From a bacterium (GTDB lineage: Bacteria > Hydrothermota > Tepidihabitantia > Tepidihabitantales > Tepidihabitantaceae): DNA of 37,151 nucleotides. The stretch spans positions 1 through 37,151 of the forward strand of contig JAWOHE010000022.1 in assembly GCA_046485285.1 (NCBI GenBank). Reading direction: 5' to 3'. The position numbers and the translations under genes were made by a program. Below the pieces are notes generated by a model. That model saw only the letters and a list, made by a program, of their open reading frames with translations. It was not told where the DNA came from and made no database searches. Within the stretch, counting starts at the first letter, position 1. Every line of letters starts with the position of its first letter. Below, in pieces: positions 1-8,835 of the stretch.

Positions 1-54
1 TCGGCGCGGAAGGCCGACAAGGACGAAGAAGCGGCCTATTGGAGTCGAGCATGA
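1..54 (+). CDS. brnT: BrnT-family toxin, C-terminal fragment (gene truncated by window edge)
   Basis: Frame 1 reads SARKADKDEEAAYWSRA*, matching the typical BrnT ending ISARKAxxxExxxY; its stop overlaps the antitoxin start (ATGA at 51-54). Confidence 0.75.
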   Translation, partial: SARKADKDEEAAYWSRA

Positions 55-284
55 GAAAGCATTACGATTTCGGTTCGATGAAGGGCAGGAAGAACCCCTA
101 TGCCCGGAGACTGCGGGAGGCCATCACCATCCGGCTCGACCGCACGGTCGTCGAGCACTTCCGCATGTTGGCCGCGGAGACCGGTCTCCCGTACCAGACG
201 CTCATCAACCTCTATCTCCGGGACTGCGTCGAACACGGCCGCCGGCTTTCGCAGGAATGGGTGGCCGGTGATGCAAAGCGCTAA
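51..284 (+). CDS. brnA: BrnA/CopG-like antitoxin
   Basis: MRKHYDF...NPYA...ITIRLD...YQTLINLYLRDC is the BrnA-type signature; ATGA coupling to upstream toxin; GGAG just upstream. Confidence 0.85.
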   Translation: MRKHYDFGSMKGRKNPYARRLREAITIRLDRTVVEHFRMLAAETGLPYQTLINLYLRDCVEHGRRLSQEWVAGDAKR

Positions 285-532
285 CGGCAACCTCTGACCG
301 AACCGCCTGCTGCCGTTCAGGCCGACCACCTGACCACCCGGTCACATTCCTCCCACATTCAACACATTCCCGAGTAGCGCCGGCATCACCTTCCGCCTGA
401 GGCCGGGTATGCCCGGCTCTCCGCCGGCCTGCGCGGGCCGAAGGCGCGGATTCGGTCGCCCGGATGACGCCAATTCTCTTCGCACCTTCGGGGTCCGGAG
501 CAGTCGGGAGAGGAGGCTGGCGGGGTCGCCGG

Positions 533-925
533 CTACCAGAGGACAGGTACCAGCCCGGAACGGACAATCGCCTGGTCCCGGGTGAGTACCGCCGTCTCCA
601 GTCCGGTAGCCCGGCTGTGCGCCAGCGCAGTGGCGCAGATGATGGCATCGTGGATGTCGAGTTCGACCGGCAGCAATCGGACAACCTCCTCGGTCATCGG
701 GAACACGAGACAACGTTCGTCGGCCGCAATCAGCCTCTCGACCACGCTCAGGGACAGCGGAATCCGGCTGCGTTGATGCAGGTATTTCAGCTCGGCCAGC
801 ACAATCGTCGGAATCACGATACGGGCATCCGGCATCTCGAACACCTCGGCGGCACTCCTGCCGAGTCGTCTGCTGCCGGTGAGATACCAGACGAGCGCGT
901 GGGTGTCCGCGACGCAGGCGGTCAC
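533..925 (-). CDS. PIN-domain (VapC-like) toxin
   Basis: PIN motifs VADTHALVW, IVLAE, DIHDAIICATA, LTRD; overlaps small upstream ORF. Confidence 0.85.
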   Translation of the reverse strand: MTACVADTHALVWYLTGSRRLGRSAAEVFEMPDARIVIPTIVLAELKYLHQRSRIPLSLSVVERLIAADERCLVFPMTEEVVRLLPVELDIHDAIICATALAHSRATGLETAVLTRDQAIVRSGLVPVLW

Positions 926-1119
926 GCGCTGTCGTCCAGGCGGACTTCCGCCTTGCGGATTTCTGCCTCGGTAAGGTCCCCGCAGTCCTTCCAGAGTCCG
1001 CGCAGTTCGGAGAGGGGCGGCTTCTTGCGACGGGCCGCGCGCTTCTTCAGCCGCAACTCCATCCGCCGCAGTTCCTGCTCAAGAGCGGTGATCTTCTGAG
1101 CGATGGTGGTGTTAGTCAT
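922..1119 (-). CDS. Putative antitoxin of the PIN toxin
   Basis: 65 aa ORF directly upstream of and overlapping the PIN gene; LRGLWKD-like C-terminal motif common in VapB-type partners; own promoter and GAGGA RBS. Confidence 0.7.
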   Translation of the reverse strand: MTNTTIAQKITALEQELRRMELRLKKRAARRKKPPLSELRGLWKDCGDLTEAEIRKAEVRLDDSA

Positions 1120-1140
1120 GCTGTCATCCTCGACAACTTG

Positions 1141-1168
1141 ATTCTAGGTCCTTTGCTCCGCTGGTCAA
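1141..1168 (-). promoter_or_regulatory. sigma70-type promoter of antitoxin-PIN operon
   Basis: TTGACC-N16-TAGAAT on minus strand. Confidence 0.6.
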
Positions 1169-1295
1169 GGCGCCCGGCAGAATCACCCTCACCCACCCTC
1201 AGGAACCGCAGGAGCAGTCCCCCCAGGGACGAGGGAATGCGGCGGATGCGCGCTCTTGCCGCGACCCCGCGAGGACGGTTACCGGGGCGCAGCCA

Positions 1296-1874
1296 TCAGG
1301 CCCGGACCGCGTGGCGGTAGAAGTTGGCGAGGACCTCGACCCCGACCCGGCCCGACCGTTCGGGGTGGAACTGGACGCCGTACCAGGGCCGCTCGCGGTG
1401 GCGCATCGCCTCGACCGCGCACCAGCGCGAGTCGGCCAGGATGTCCCAGCCCGCGGCGGCGGCCGAGTCCGGTTCGAGATACTCGGCGTGGCTCTCGGCG
1501 ACGACGAGCGTCTCCTCCATCCCGGCGAAGAGCGGCTCGGCCGCGCGCACCCGGATGAGCCCCGGGCCCTCGAAGAACTCGCGCCGACCCATCTTCGCGC
1601 CGGTGGCGATACCGAGGAGCTGGTGCCCGAAGCAGATGCCGAACACCGGCACCCGGAGCCCGCGGACGAACTCGACCAGCCCGGCCGGCGGCGGGTCGGT
1701 CGCGAGCATCAGCGGTGAGCCGGTCAGGACGACGGCGGCCGCGTCCTCCGGCCCGGCCCCGAGTTCCTCGACCGTGGCGACCCGGACCGGGCCGAACCTG
1801 CCGAGCAGGTCGAGGTAGGCGCCGAGCCTGTCCTGCCACGACGGCGGGTAGCAGTTGACGAGCAGGGTCGGCAT
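1296..1874 (-). CDS. Stand-alone class I glutamine amidotransferase (GMP synthase subunit A/PabA-like)
   Basis: Start MPTLLVNCY at 1874 overlaps folE2 stop; catalytic motifs PVFGICFGHQ and GVQFHPE. Confidence 0.85.
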   Translation of the reverse strand: MPTLLVNCYPPSWQDRLGAYLDLLGRFGPVRVATVEELGAGPEDAAAVVLTGSPLMLATDPPPAGLVEFVRGLRVPVFGICFGHQLLGIATGAKMGRREFFEGPGLIRVRAAEPLFAGMEETLVVAESHAEYLEPDSAAAAGWDILADSRWCAVEAMRHRERPWYGVQFHPERSGRVGVEVLANFYRHAVRA

Positions 1875-2650
1875 CAGCCCCGCCGGCGGGTGCGCCGGAC
1901 CCAGGCGCAGGCGTCGTGGTGGTGAATCGACTCGTAGCTGACGACCGAGACTTCGAACGAGGCGACGTTGGGGTGCTCGTCGAGCCGGCAGGCGACCTTG
2001 CGGACGACGTCCTCGACGAAGGCCGGGTTTTCGTAGGCATGGCTGGTGACGTGCTTCTCGTCCTCGCGCCGGAGCATCGAGTAGACCTCGCTCGAGCCGC
2101 AGTCCTCGACGAGGTTGATGAGGTCCTCGAGCCAGAGGAAGCCGCGGGTCTCGGCGCTGACCCGGATCTCCGCGCGCTGGTTGTGGCCGCCGAACTCGAC
2201 CATCTCCTTCGAGCACGGGCAGAGCGTCGTCACCGGCACGACCGCGCCGACCCGGAGCCGGAAGCTTCGCTCGAGGTCGGCCGCGACCGTGCACTGGTAG
2301 TCCATCAGCCCGCGCGCGCCCGAGACCGGGGCGCGTTTCTCGATGAAGTACGGGAAGTCCATCTCCAGGTGCGCCGACTCGGCGCCGAGCGAGGTCCGGA
2401 TGTCGCGCAGGATGGTCCCGAGCTTGTGGATGTCGACCTCGCGGTGGTGCCGGCCGAGGACTTCGACGAACCGGCCGAGGTGGGTGCCGCGGTGGTCCTG
2501 CGGCAGGCTGACGTACATGCTGATGGTCGCGACGGTGTGCTGGCGGTTGTTGGCCTTGTCGAGCAGGACGACCGGGTAGCGCAGGCCGCGGACGCCGACC
2601 TTGTCGATCGGAATCCGGCGGACGTCGTCGCGGTCGCGGATGTCGGTCAC
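1874..2650 (-). CDS. folE2: GTP cyclohydrolase I type B (FolE2)
   Basis: IPIDKVGV, GTH, TTLCPCSKE, HNQRA, REDEK, YENPAFVED, ESIHHHDA motifs. Confidence 0.95.
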   Translation of the reverse strand: MTDIRDRDDVRRIPIDKVGVRGLRYPVVLLDKANNRQHTVATISMYVSLPQDHRGTHLGRFVEVLGRHHREVDIHKLGTILRDIRTSLGAESAHLEMDFPYFIEKRAPVSGARGLMDYQCTVAADLERSFRLRVGAVVPVTTLCPCSKEMVEFGGHNQRAEIRVSAETRGFLWLEDLINLVEDCGSSEVYSMLRREDEKHVTSHAYENPAFVEDVVRKVACRLDEHPNVASFEVSVVSYESIHHHDACAWVRRTRRRG

Positions 2651-2656
2651 GCTGGA

Positions 2657-2684
2657 AGGTTACGCCGGCCGGCCCGGGAGTCAA
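2657..2684 (-). promoter_or_regulatory. Leaderless promoter of folE2
   Basis: TTGACT-N16-TAACCT, 6 nt before GTG start, no SD. Confidence 0.6.
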
Positions 2685-2695
2685 TGCCCCGGCGC

Positions 2696-2723
2696 TTGAC
2701 AGCGCTGGTGCCGGAGTCAGAAT
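2696..2723 (+). promoter_or_regulatory. Leaderless promoter of lptE operon
   Basis: TTGACA-N16-CAGAAT, 6 nt before GTG start at 2730. Confidence 0.55.
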
Positions 2724-2729
2724 CAAGGC

Positions 2730-3215
2730 GTGAGAGCAATCCTGCTTCCGCCCCTGCTCGCCGCCCTCCTCGCCGCCGGCTGCTGCGGCTATTCGACCCG
2801 CTCGCTGCTCCGCGCCGACCTGCGCAACGTCGCGGTCCTGCCGGTCGAGAACTCGACGTCCCAGCCCGGGGTCGGCGACGAGTTCACCGACCTGCTCGCC
2901 GCCGCCTTCAGCCGCGACCGGACGCTCAAGGTCACCGCGCTCGACGCCGCCGACATCGCGATGACGGTCAGGCTGACCGGCTACACCCGCTCGCCGGCCG
3001 CCTACGCCGGCGATGAGACGATAACCCTCTACGACCTCGCGGTCAGCGCGATGGTCGAGGCCGAGGACCGCGCCCGGTCCGAGGAGCACTACGCCGGCAG
3101 TCTCTCGGCCCGGGTCAGCTACGACCCGGACTCGGAGGCCGAGGAGTCGGCCGCGACCCGCTGCCTGACCCTGCTCGCCGACGACGTCGTCCGGGCCGTG
3201 ATAACGAAGTGGTAG
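2730..3215 (+). CDS. lptE: LptE-family LPS assembly lipoprotein
   Basis: Lipoprotein signal (LLAAGC-CGYS), AVLPVENST motif, 161 aa, C-terminal LADDVV...W. Confidence 0.75.
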   Translation: MRAILLPPLLAALLAAGCCGYSTRSLLRADLRNVAVLPVENSTSQPGVGDEFTDLLAAAFSRDRTLKVTALDAADIAMTVRLTGYTRSPAAYAGDETITLYDLAVSAMVEAEDRARSEEHYAGSLSARVSYDPDSEAEESAATRCLTLLADDVVRAVITKW

Positions 3216-4546
3216 GCCCGGCAGGACCGCGCCGACCGGCCCGCGGCGCGGTCGAGCTCAGGGTCGGCCCGGTCGTCGCCGGCGGCTCCGGGCTCGCCGA
3301 GCTCGACGGCCGCAAGGTCTTCGTGCCGTTCGCCGCGCCGGGCGAGAAGGTTCGCGCCCGCATCACCACGAGCAAGCGCGACTACGCGGTCGCCCGGCTC
3401 GACGCGGTGCTCGAGCCGTCGCCCGCGCGGCGCGAGCCGCCCTGCCCGCTCTTCGGCCGCTGCGGCGGCTGTCGGCTCCAGCACCTCGGCTACGAGGAAC
3501 AGCTCGCGGTCAAGCGCGGCATCGTCGCCGACGCCCTGCGCCGGATCGCCCGGCTCGAGGCCGAGGTCGCGCCGGTCATCGCCTCGCCCGGTGAGTGGCA
3601 CTACCGGAACAAGACCCAGTACGCGGTCGGCTTCTTCCGCGGCCCGCGGGTCGGCTTCTACGCCGAGGCCAGCCACCACATCATCGTCCCGGACGCCTGC
3701 CTGCTTCACCCGCCGGCCTTCGACGCCGCCCGCCGCGCCTGCGCGGACTGGCTCGCCGACGAACCGGACGCGACCTACCGCGAGGACGAACACTCGGGCA
3801 GTATCCGGCACCTCGTCCTGCGCACCGACGGCACGAGGACCATCGCGCTCGTCGCGACCCGGACCCGCGACATCGCGCCCGGGCTGGTCGAGCGGCTCCG
3901 CGCCGCGCCCGGAATCAGCGCGGTCTGCCAGACCCGCAACCCGGAGCGGACGAACCGCGTCCTCGGCCCCGAGACCCGCCCGGTCGCGGGCGAACCGGAG
4001 CTCGAGTTCCGGCTCGCGGGCCGGCGGCTGGCCGTGTCGCCGGCCGCCTTTTTCCAGGTCAACACCGCCCAGGCCGGGACGCTCGCCCGGCTCGTCCGCG
4101 CCGGTCTCGCCGGCCCGCAGCCGGGCCATCTCCTCGACCTCTACTCCGGGGTTGGCGCCTTCGCGCTCGCGGCCGCGGACCTCGCCGGCCGGGTGACCGG
4201 TCTCGAGCTCGACCCGGTCGCGGTCGCCGACGCCCGCCGGAACGCGGAGCTGAACGGCCTCGAGAACGTCGAGTTCCGGGAAGCCGACGCCGACCGGCTG
4301 GCCGAGCTGCCGGCCTGCGACGCGGTGATTCTCGACCCGCCCCGCAAGGGCGCGAGCCGCGAGCTCCTCGCCGCCATCGCCGCGGCCCGGCCCGGCCGGG
4401 TCATCTACGTCTCCTGCGACCCGGCGACGCTCGCCCGCGACCTCGCCCTGCTCGTCGCGGCCGGGTATCGGCTCGCCCGGGTCGAGCCGGTCGACATGTT
4501 CCCGCAGACCGCCCACGTCGAGACGGTCGCGACGCTCGAGGGCTGA
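3209..4546 (+). CDS. rlmD: 23S rRNA (uracil-5)-methyltransferase RlmD/TrmA family
   Basis: TRAM N-terminus, CPLFGRCGGC Fe-S motif, YRNK, FFQVN, LDLYSGVG, LDPPRKG, YVSCDPATLARD, DMFPQTAHVE; start position uncertain. Confidence 0.93.
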   Translation: MVGPAGPRRPARGAVELRVGPVVAGGSGLAELDGRKVFVPFAAPGEKVRARITTSKRDYAVARLDAVLEPSPARREPPCPLFGRCGGCRLQHLGYEEQLAVKRGIVADALRRIARLEAEVAPVIASPGEWHYRNKTQYAVGFFRGPRVGFYAEASHHIIVPDACLLHPPAFDAARRACADWLADEPDATYREDEHSGSIRHLVLRTDGTRTIALVATRTRDIAPGLVERLRAAPGISAVCQTRNPERTNRVLGPETRPVAGEPELEFRLAGRRLAVSPAAFFQVNTAQAGTLARLVRAGLAGPQPGHLLDLYSGVGAFALAAADLAGRVTGLELDPVAVADARRNAELNGLENVEFREADADRLAELPACDAVILDPPRKGASRELLAAIAAARPGRVIYVSCDPATLARDLALLVAAGYRLARVEPVDMFPQTAHVETVATLEG

Positions 4547-4561
4547 CGAAGGCAGGCCCCG

Positions 4562-6025
4562 GTGAGCGCGGAAGCGGACCAGGGCCGGGTCGCCGGGACC
4601 ATCCTGCCCGGGCCGGGCGAGGCCGCGTACCCGGGTCGGCTCGAGTGGCGCGACGGCCGCATCACCGCGCTGGTCCGCGACAGCGAGTCCGCCCCGGCCG
4701 GGCCGGTCATCGCGCCCGGGCTCATCGACAGCCACACCCACCCGGTCGAGCTCGGGCTCGAGGGCATCTTCCCGGACCTCTCCCCGGCCGGGGACATCGC
4801 CGGGGTCCTTGACCGGCTCGGCGCGGGACTCGACCGGGGCCGCGAGGCCGGGGTCCTGCTCGGGCTCAACATCGACCCGGACCGGCTGAGCGAGCGCCGC
4901 CTGCCGACCCGGGCCGAGCTCGACGCGCTCGCGGCCGACCTGCCCGCGGTCGCCTACCGGGTCGACCGGCACTCGGCCGCGCTCAACGCCGCCGCGCTCC
5001 GCCTCGCCGGGCTCGACCCGGCCGGCGCGGGCGTCGTCGCGGGCCCGGAATACGAACGGGCCGCGCGCGTCTTCGCCCGTATCCTCCCCGCGGCGACGGT
5101 CGCCGCCGCGCTCGAGCACGCCGCGGCCCTTGCCGCCCGGGCCGGCACGACCACGGTCGGCGCGCTCGACGGCACCGAGGACTTCACCGCCGAAGACTGG
5201 GAGTCGCTGGTCGCGGCGATGGGCCGACTGCCGGTCCGGTTCGTGCCGTTCCTGCAGACGCTTGACCCCGGCCACGCCGCCCGGCTCGGCCTGCCCCGGG
5301 TGGGCGGCTGCATCCTCGTCGACGGCTCGCTCGGCTCCCACACCGCCGCGCTCGAGGAAGACTATGCCGACCGGCCCGGCGCGCGCGGGGTGCTGTACCG
5401 GGACGAGGCCGGGCTCGCCCGCTTCCTCGCCGAGGCCGACCGGCTCGGGCTCCAGACCGCGCTCCACGCGATCGGCGACCGGGCGGTCGGGACCGCGCTC
5501 CGCGCCCACGCCCGGGCCGGAACCCGGCCCGAACTCCGCCACCGCATCGAGCACGCCGAACTGCTGAGCGCCGGGCTCATCGCCGGAATCGCCCGGGCCG
5601 GCATCGTGCTCGGGGTCCAGCCCGCGTTCGAGGCGGCCTGGGGCGGGCCGGACCGGCTCTACGCCCGGCGCCTCGGCCCGCGCTGGCGGAAGACCAACCC
5701 GTTCCGCAGTCTCCTCGCGGCCGGGGTGAGGCTGGCCGGCGGGTCGGACGCGCCGATAACGCCGATTGACCCGCTGGCCGGGATCCGGGCCGCGCTCGAA
5801 CACCCGAACCCGGACGAGCGGGTCGGGCCGGACGACGCGCTGGCGATGTTCACGACCGCCGCCGCGCACTCGCTCGGCCTCGAGGGCGAGACCGGCCGGC
5901 TCGCCCCGGGCCTTGCCGCCGACCTCGTCGTGCTCAGTGCCGACCCGCGCGCGCCCGCCTGCCGGGTGTTCGAGACCTGGTGCCGGGGCCGGCGGGTCTT
6001 CGCGGCCGGCGCGGGGAGCCGATGA
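4562..6025 (+). CDS. Amidohydrolase family 3 (YtcJ-like) metallohydrolase
   Basis: PGLIDSHTH, DGSLGSHTA, HAIGD, RIEHA, GGSDAP, LAADLVVL. Confidence 0.88.
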   Translation: MSAEADQGRVAGTILPGPGEAAYPGRLEWRDGRITALVRDSESAPAGPVIAPGLIDSHTHPVELGLEGIFPDLSPAGDIAGVLDRLGAGLDRGREAGVLLGLNIDPDRLSERRLPTRAELDALAADLPAVAYRVDRHSAALNAAALRLAGLDPAGAGVVAGPEYERAARVFARILPAATVAAALEHAAALAARAGTTTVGALDGTEDFTAEDWESLVAAMGRLPVRFVPFLQTLDPGHAARLGLPRVGGCILVDGSLGSHTAALEEDYADRPGARGVLYRDEAGLARFLAEADRLGLQTALHAIGDRAVGTALRAHARAGTRPELRHRIEHAELLSAGLIAGIARAGIVLGVQPAFEAAWGGPDRLYARRLGPRWRKTNPFRSLLAAGVRLAGGSDAPITPIDPLAGIRAALEHPNPDERVGPDDALAMFTTAAAHSLGLEGETGRLAPGLAADLVVLSADPRAPACRVFETWCRGRRVFAAGAGSR

Positions 6026-7746
6026 CCGCCAACGCCGCGGTCGCCCGGATGTTCGAGCGGATCGCCGACGCGCTCGAGCTCAGGGGCGAAACCGGGTTCC
6101 GGGTCCTCGCCTACCGCCGCGCGGCCCGGGTCCTGCTCGACGAGGCCGACGACGTCGCGAAGCTCGACCGCGAGAACCGGCTCGGCGAGCTACCGGGAAT
6201 CGGCACCGCGCTCGCCGCCAAGATCCGCGAGTACCTCGCCACCGGCCGGATGAAGAAGTACGACGAGGCGGTCGCCGGCCTGCCCGAGGAGCTGTTCGCG
6301 CTCCTCGACCTCCAGGGGCTCGGGCCGAAGACGCTGAAACTGCTCCACGAGAAGCTCGGGGTCAATAACCTCGCCGACCTCAAGGCCGCGCTGGCGAGCG
6401 GGGCGGCCGCCGAGCTGCCCGGGATGGGGCCGGGCAAGGCCGCCAACCTCGGCCGGGCGGTTCGCCTGCGCGAGCTGGCCGGCGAGCGGATGCTCCTCGA
6501 CGAGGCGCGCGAGCTGGCCGAGCGCGCGGTCGGCCACCTCGAGGCGCTGGTGCGGTCCGGGTTCTGCGTCCCGGCCGGCTCCTACCGCCGGGGCCGCGAG
6601 TCGATCGGCGACATCGACGTCCTCGTCGCGACCGACGACCCGGCCCGGGTCATCGAGCGCTTCACCAGCCTGCCCGGCGTGCGCCAGGTGCTGGCGCGGG
6701 GCGAGACGAAGGTGTCGCTGGTCGCGGACGGGACCGGCGGCCCGCGACAGCTCGACCTCAGGGTCGTCGAGCCGGCGGCCTGGGGCGCTGCGCTCCAGTA
6801 CTTCACCGGCTCGAAGGACCACAACGTCCGCCTGCGCGGCATCGCCCGCCGGCTCGGGCTCAAGGTCTCCGAGTACGGCGTGTTCCGGGGCCGGAAGCGC
6901 GTCGCGGGCCGGACCGAAGCCGAGGTCTACGCCGCGGTCGGCCTGCCCTTCATCGAGCCGGAGCTCCGCGAGGATTCGGGCGAGTTCGAGGCCGCCGAGG
7001 CCGGCCGCCTGCCGGCGCTGGTCCGGCTCGAGGACATCCGCTGTGACCTCCACCTCCACACGACCGAGTCCGACGGCGCGGCCGGGTTCGAGGAGATGCT
7101 CGCCGCCTGCCGGGCGCGCGGCTACAGCCACGCGGCGATCGCCGACCACTCGGTGTCAGCCGGCTACGCCGGCGGGCTCGACCGCGACCGCCTGCTCCGC
7201 CACTGCGACCGGGTCGACAAGTGGAACGCCGGCGAGCGGAAGCCCCGGCTGCTCAAGGCGTCGGAGGTCGACATCACGCCGTCGGGAGAGATGGACTTCC
7301 CGGACGAGGTCCTGGCCCGGCTCGACCTCGTCATCGCGTCGATTCACCAGGGCTTCCGGCACCGGGCGACCGAGCGGCTCTGCGCGGCCATCGCCCACCC
7401 GCTCGTCCACGTCATCGCCCACCCGTCCGGCCGGATCATCGGCCGGCGCGAAGGCTACGCGGTCGACCTCGACGCGGTCATCGCCTGCGCCGCCCGGCAC
7501 GGCAAGGCGCTCGAGATAAACGCGTTCTACGGCCGGCTCGACCTCTCCGACGCCTGGGCGCGGAAGGCGAAGGAGGCCGGGGTCCGCATCGCCGTGAACA
7601 CCGACGCCCACGCGGTCGCGGACCTCGACTGGATGCGCTACGGCGTCACCACCGCCCGCCGGGCCTGGCTCGAGAAGGCGGACGTCATCAACACACTGCC
7701 GCCCGGCAGGCTCGTGAAACTCCTCCGCGCGATGCGCGGGAACTGA
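6022..7746 (+). CDS. polX: DNA polymerase X / PHP 3'-5' exonuclease
   Basis: Start MTANAAVA at 6022 (ATGA overlap); HhH motifs, GSYRRGRESIGDIDVL, YFTGSKDHN, PHP motifs DLHLHT, HPSGR, NTDAH. Confidence 0.95.
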   Translation: MTANAAVARMFERIADALELRGETGFRVLAYRRAARVLLDEADDVAKLDRENRLGELPGIGTALAAKIREYLATGRMKKYDEAVAGLPEELFALLDLQGLGPKTLKLLHEKLGVNNLADLKAALASGAAAELPGMGPGKAANLGRAVRLRELAGERMLLDEARELAERAVGHLEALVRSGFCVPAGSYRRGRESIGDIDVLVATDDPARVIERFTSLPGVRQVLARGETKVSLVADGTGGPRQLDLRVVEPAAWGAALQYFTGSKDHNVRLRGIARRLGLKVSEYGVFRGRKRVAGRTEAEVYAAVGLPFIEPELREDSGEFEAAEAGRLPALVRLEDIRCDLHLHTTESDGAAGFEEMLAACRARGYSHAAIADHSVSAGYAGGLDRDRLLRHCDRVDKWNAGERKPRLLKASEVDITPSGEMDFPDEVLARLDLVIASIHQGFRHRATERLCAAIAHPLVHVIAHPSGRIIGRREGYAVDLDAVIACAARHGKALEINAFYGRLDLSDAWARKAKEAGVRIAVNTDAHAVADLDWMRYGVTTARRAWLEKADVINTLPPGRLVKLLRAMRGN

Positions 7747-7755
7747 ACCGGCCGG

Positions 7756-8835
7756 TCAGTCGCGCACCCCGGCCCAGAGCAGGGCGGCGATGCCGCCGAA
7801 GACAATGTTGGGGAGCCAGGCCGCGAGCATCGGGCTGATGACGTGGGAAGTGCCGTAGGCGCGGCTGAGCTGGATCGCGCCCCAGTAGAGGAACGACACC
7901 AGCAGGCCCAGCCCGAGCCCGAACATCACCCCGCCCCGGCGCATCCGGATTGACAGCGGCAGTCCGAGCAGGACGATGACCAGCCCGATCAGCGAGTAGG
8001 AGAAACGGTAGTGGTATTCGACCTCCTGCTCGGCGACGTCCTCGCCGGCCCGGGACAGGCGCCGGATGAAGCGCCGGAGGTCGGGGGTCGAAGTCTCGAT
8101 TATCGGGCGCGGCCGCCAGCTGAAGTCCTCCGGCCGCTCGACGACACCGGCGAGCGCCAGCGTGTCGTACCGCGTCAGCGTCTCGTAGCCCTGCTCGTCG
8201 AACAGCCGGCGGGTCACGTCGAAGGCGACCCAGAGCGAGTCCCGCCACACCGCCGAGCGGGCGTCAATCCGCTCGACCACCCGCCTGCCCTCGCCCAGCC
8301 GCTTGACGCTGAGGTCGGTCATCGTCCCGTCCTGGCCGAGCTCGCGGACGAAGTAGACCCGGCCCGCCTCGCCGACGAAGTGGACGTCGCGCCGCCGGCC
8401 GCCCGCATCCGGCGTGCGCCGCTCGATGCGGAGCCGGCGCAGGTCGCTGAGCGCGGCGTTGGCCGGAATCGTCACGAACTCGTTGGCGGCGAGGTAGCCG
8501 AACACGGTCAGGAGCGCGGCCCCGGCCGCGGGCAGGAAGGTCCGGGTTGCCCTGACCCCGGCGCTCTCGAGCGCGTGGAGCTCGCGGTGGCGCACCATCT
8601 GGCCGTAGACCACGAACACGGCGAGGAGCAAGCTGACCGGGTAGAGCAGCGAGATCGCGGCCGGCATGCTGTAGAGGTAGTGGAGCAGGATGACCGGCAG
8701 GGTCACCCGGCGGCTGGTGAAGTAGGAGAGCTCCTCGAACAGGTCGATGAGCAGGTAGATCGCGACGACCGAGAGCAGCGCGAGCAGGGTGAACCGGACG
8801 ACCTCCCAGGTCAGCCAGCGGTCGAGCCTCTTCAC
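7756..8835 (-). CDS. lptG: LPS export permease LptG (YjgP/YjgQ family)
   Basis: GTG start (VKRLDRWL) overlapping lptF stop; 3 TM + periplasmic domain + 3 TM; ELHALESAG; AAWLPN. Confidence 0.88.
   Translation of the reverse strand: MKRLDRWLTWEVVRFTLLALLSVVAIYLLIDLFEELSYFTSRRVTLPVILLHYLYSMPAAISLLYPVSLLLAVFVVYGQMVRHRELHALESAGVRATRTFLPAAGAALLTVFGYLAANEFVTIPANAALSDLRRLRIERRTPDAGGRRRDVHFVGEAGRVYFVRELGQDGTMTDLSVKRLGEGRRVVERIDARSAVWRDSLWVAFDVTRRLFDEQGYETLTRYDTLALAGVVERPEDFSWRPRPIIETSTPDLRRFIRRLSRAGEDVAEQEVEYHYRFSYSLIGLVIVLLGLPLSIRMRRGGVMFGLGLGLLVSFLYWGAIQLSRAYGTSHVISPMLAAWLPNIVFGGIAALLWAGVRD

Noticed and set aside
278-322. Integron attC site after brnA (GCTAAC...GTTCAGG with AACGGCA/TGCCGTT stem)
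   Set aside because: Too short, no recognisable L boxes, GTT is not followed by RRRY, and it is single copy; more likely a simple hairpin
1875-3089. N-terminal ~400 aa of the 597-aa ORF 1296..3089
   Set aside because: Out-of-frame overlap with folE2 and antisense to lptE; only 1296..1874 (GATase) is credible
3119-5869. 916-aa minus-strand ORF
   Set aside because: Antisense shadow of rlmD and the amidohydrolase caused by high GC3; no recognisable motifs
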